DNA from: Octopus sinensis
Lineage: Eukaryota
Direction of reading: 5' to 3'
NCBI RefSeq assembly: GCF_006345805.1
Contig: NC_043005.1
Span: 45,570,001 to 45,634,000, forward strand
Length of the DNA stretch: 64,000 nucleotides
Shown: positions 63,956-64,000 of the stretch, piece after piece
Numbering within the stretch: position 1 is the first letter of the stretch
How the letters are laid out: every line of letters begins with the position of its first letter
Notes under the pieces: generated by a model
Database searches by the model: none
Seen by the model: only the letters and a program-made list of their open reading frames with translations
Told to the model about the DNA's origin: nothing
Program-made: the position numbers and the translations under genes

Positions 63956-64000
63956 TTAATGTAAACAAGAGGAGAAAAAGCTGTACTCAATACTAAAAGT

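Overview
AT-rich, repeat-dense animal DNA. The SINE families and microsatellite load fit an octopod cephalopod best; this is an inference from recalled repeat sequences. I cannot support any intact protein-coding gene, rRNA, tRNA gene or CRISPR array, and most ORF-track entries are translations of microsatellites or SINEs. Well-supported content: many tRNA-headed SINEs (four body types, several with clean target-site duplications); LINE remnants of RTE, CR1, R4/Dong-like, HERO-like and Tx1-like type; Tc1/mariner, hAT, TTAA-type and Helitron non-autonomous DNA elements; an RPL9 pseudogene fragment; a near-identical 1.19-kb tandem duplication; a 1.6-kb foldback structure; and several perfect hairpins. 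Top hypotheses: (1) the unique DNA between repeats holds repeated, heavily decayed LRR and TIR remnants, all on the + strand, consistent with a dead tandem Toll-like receptor cluster (by-eye call, moderate to low confidence); (2) two LINEs with GATA or CATA microsatellite on both sides may be microsatellite-targeting elements. All alignments were done by eye and no database was searched.
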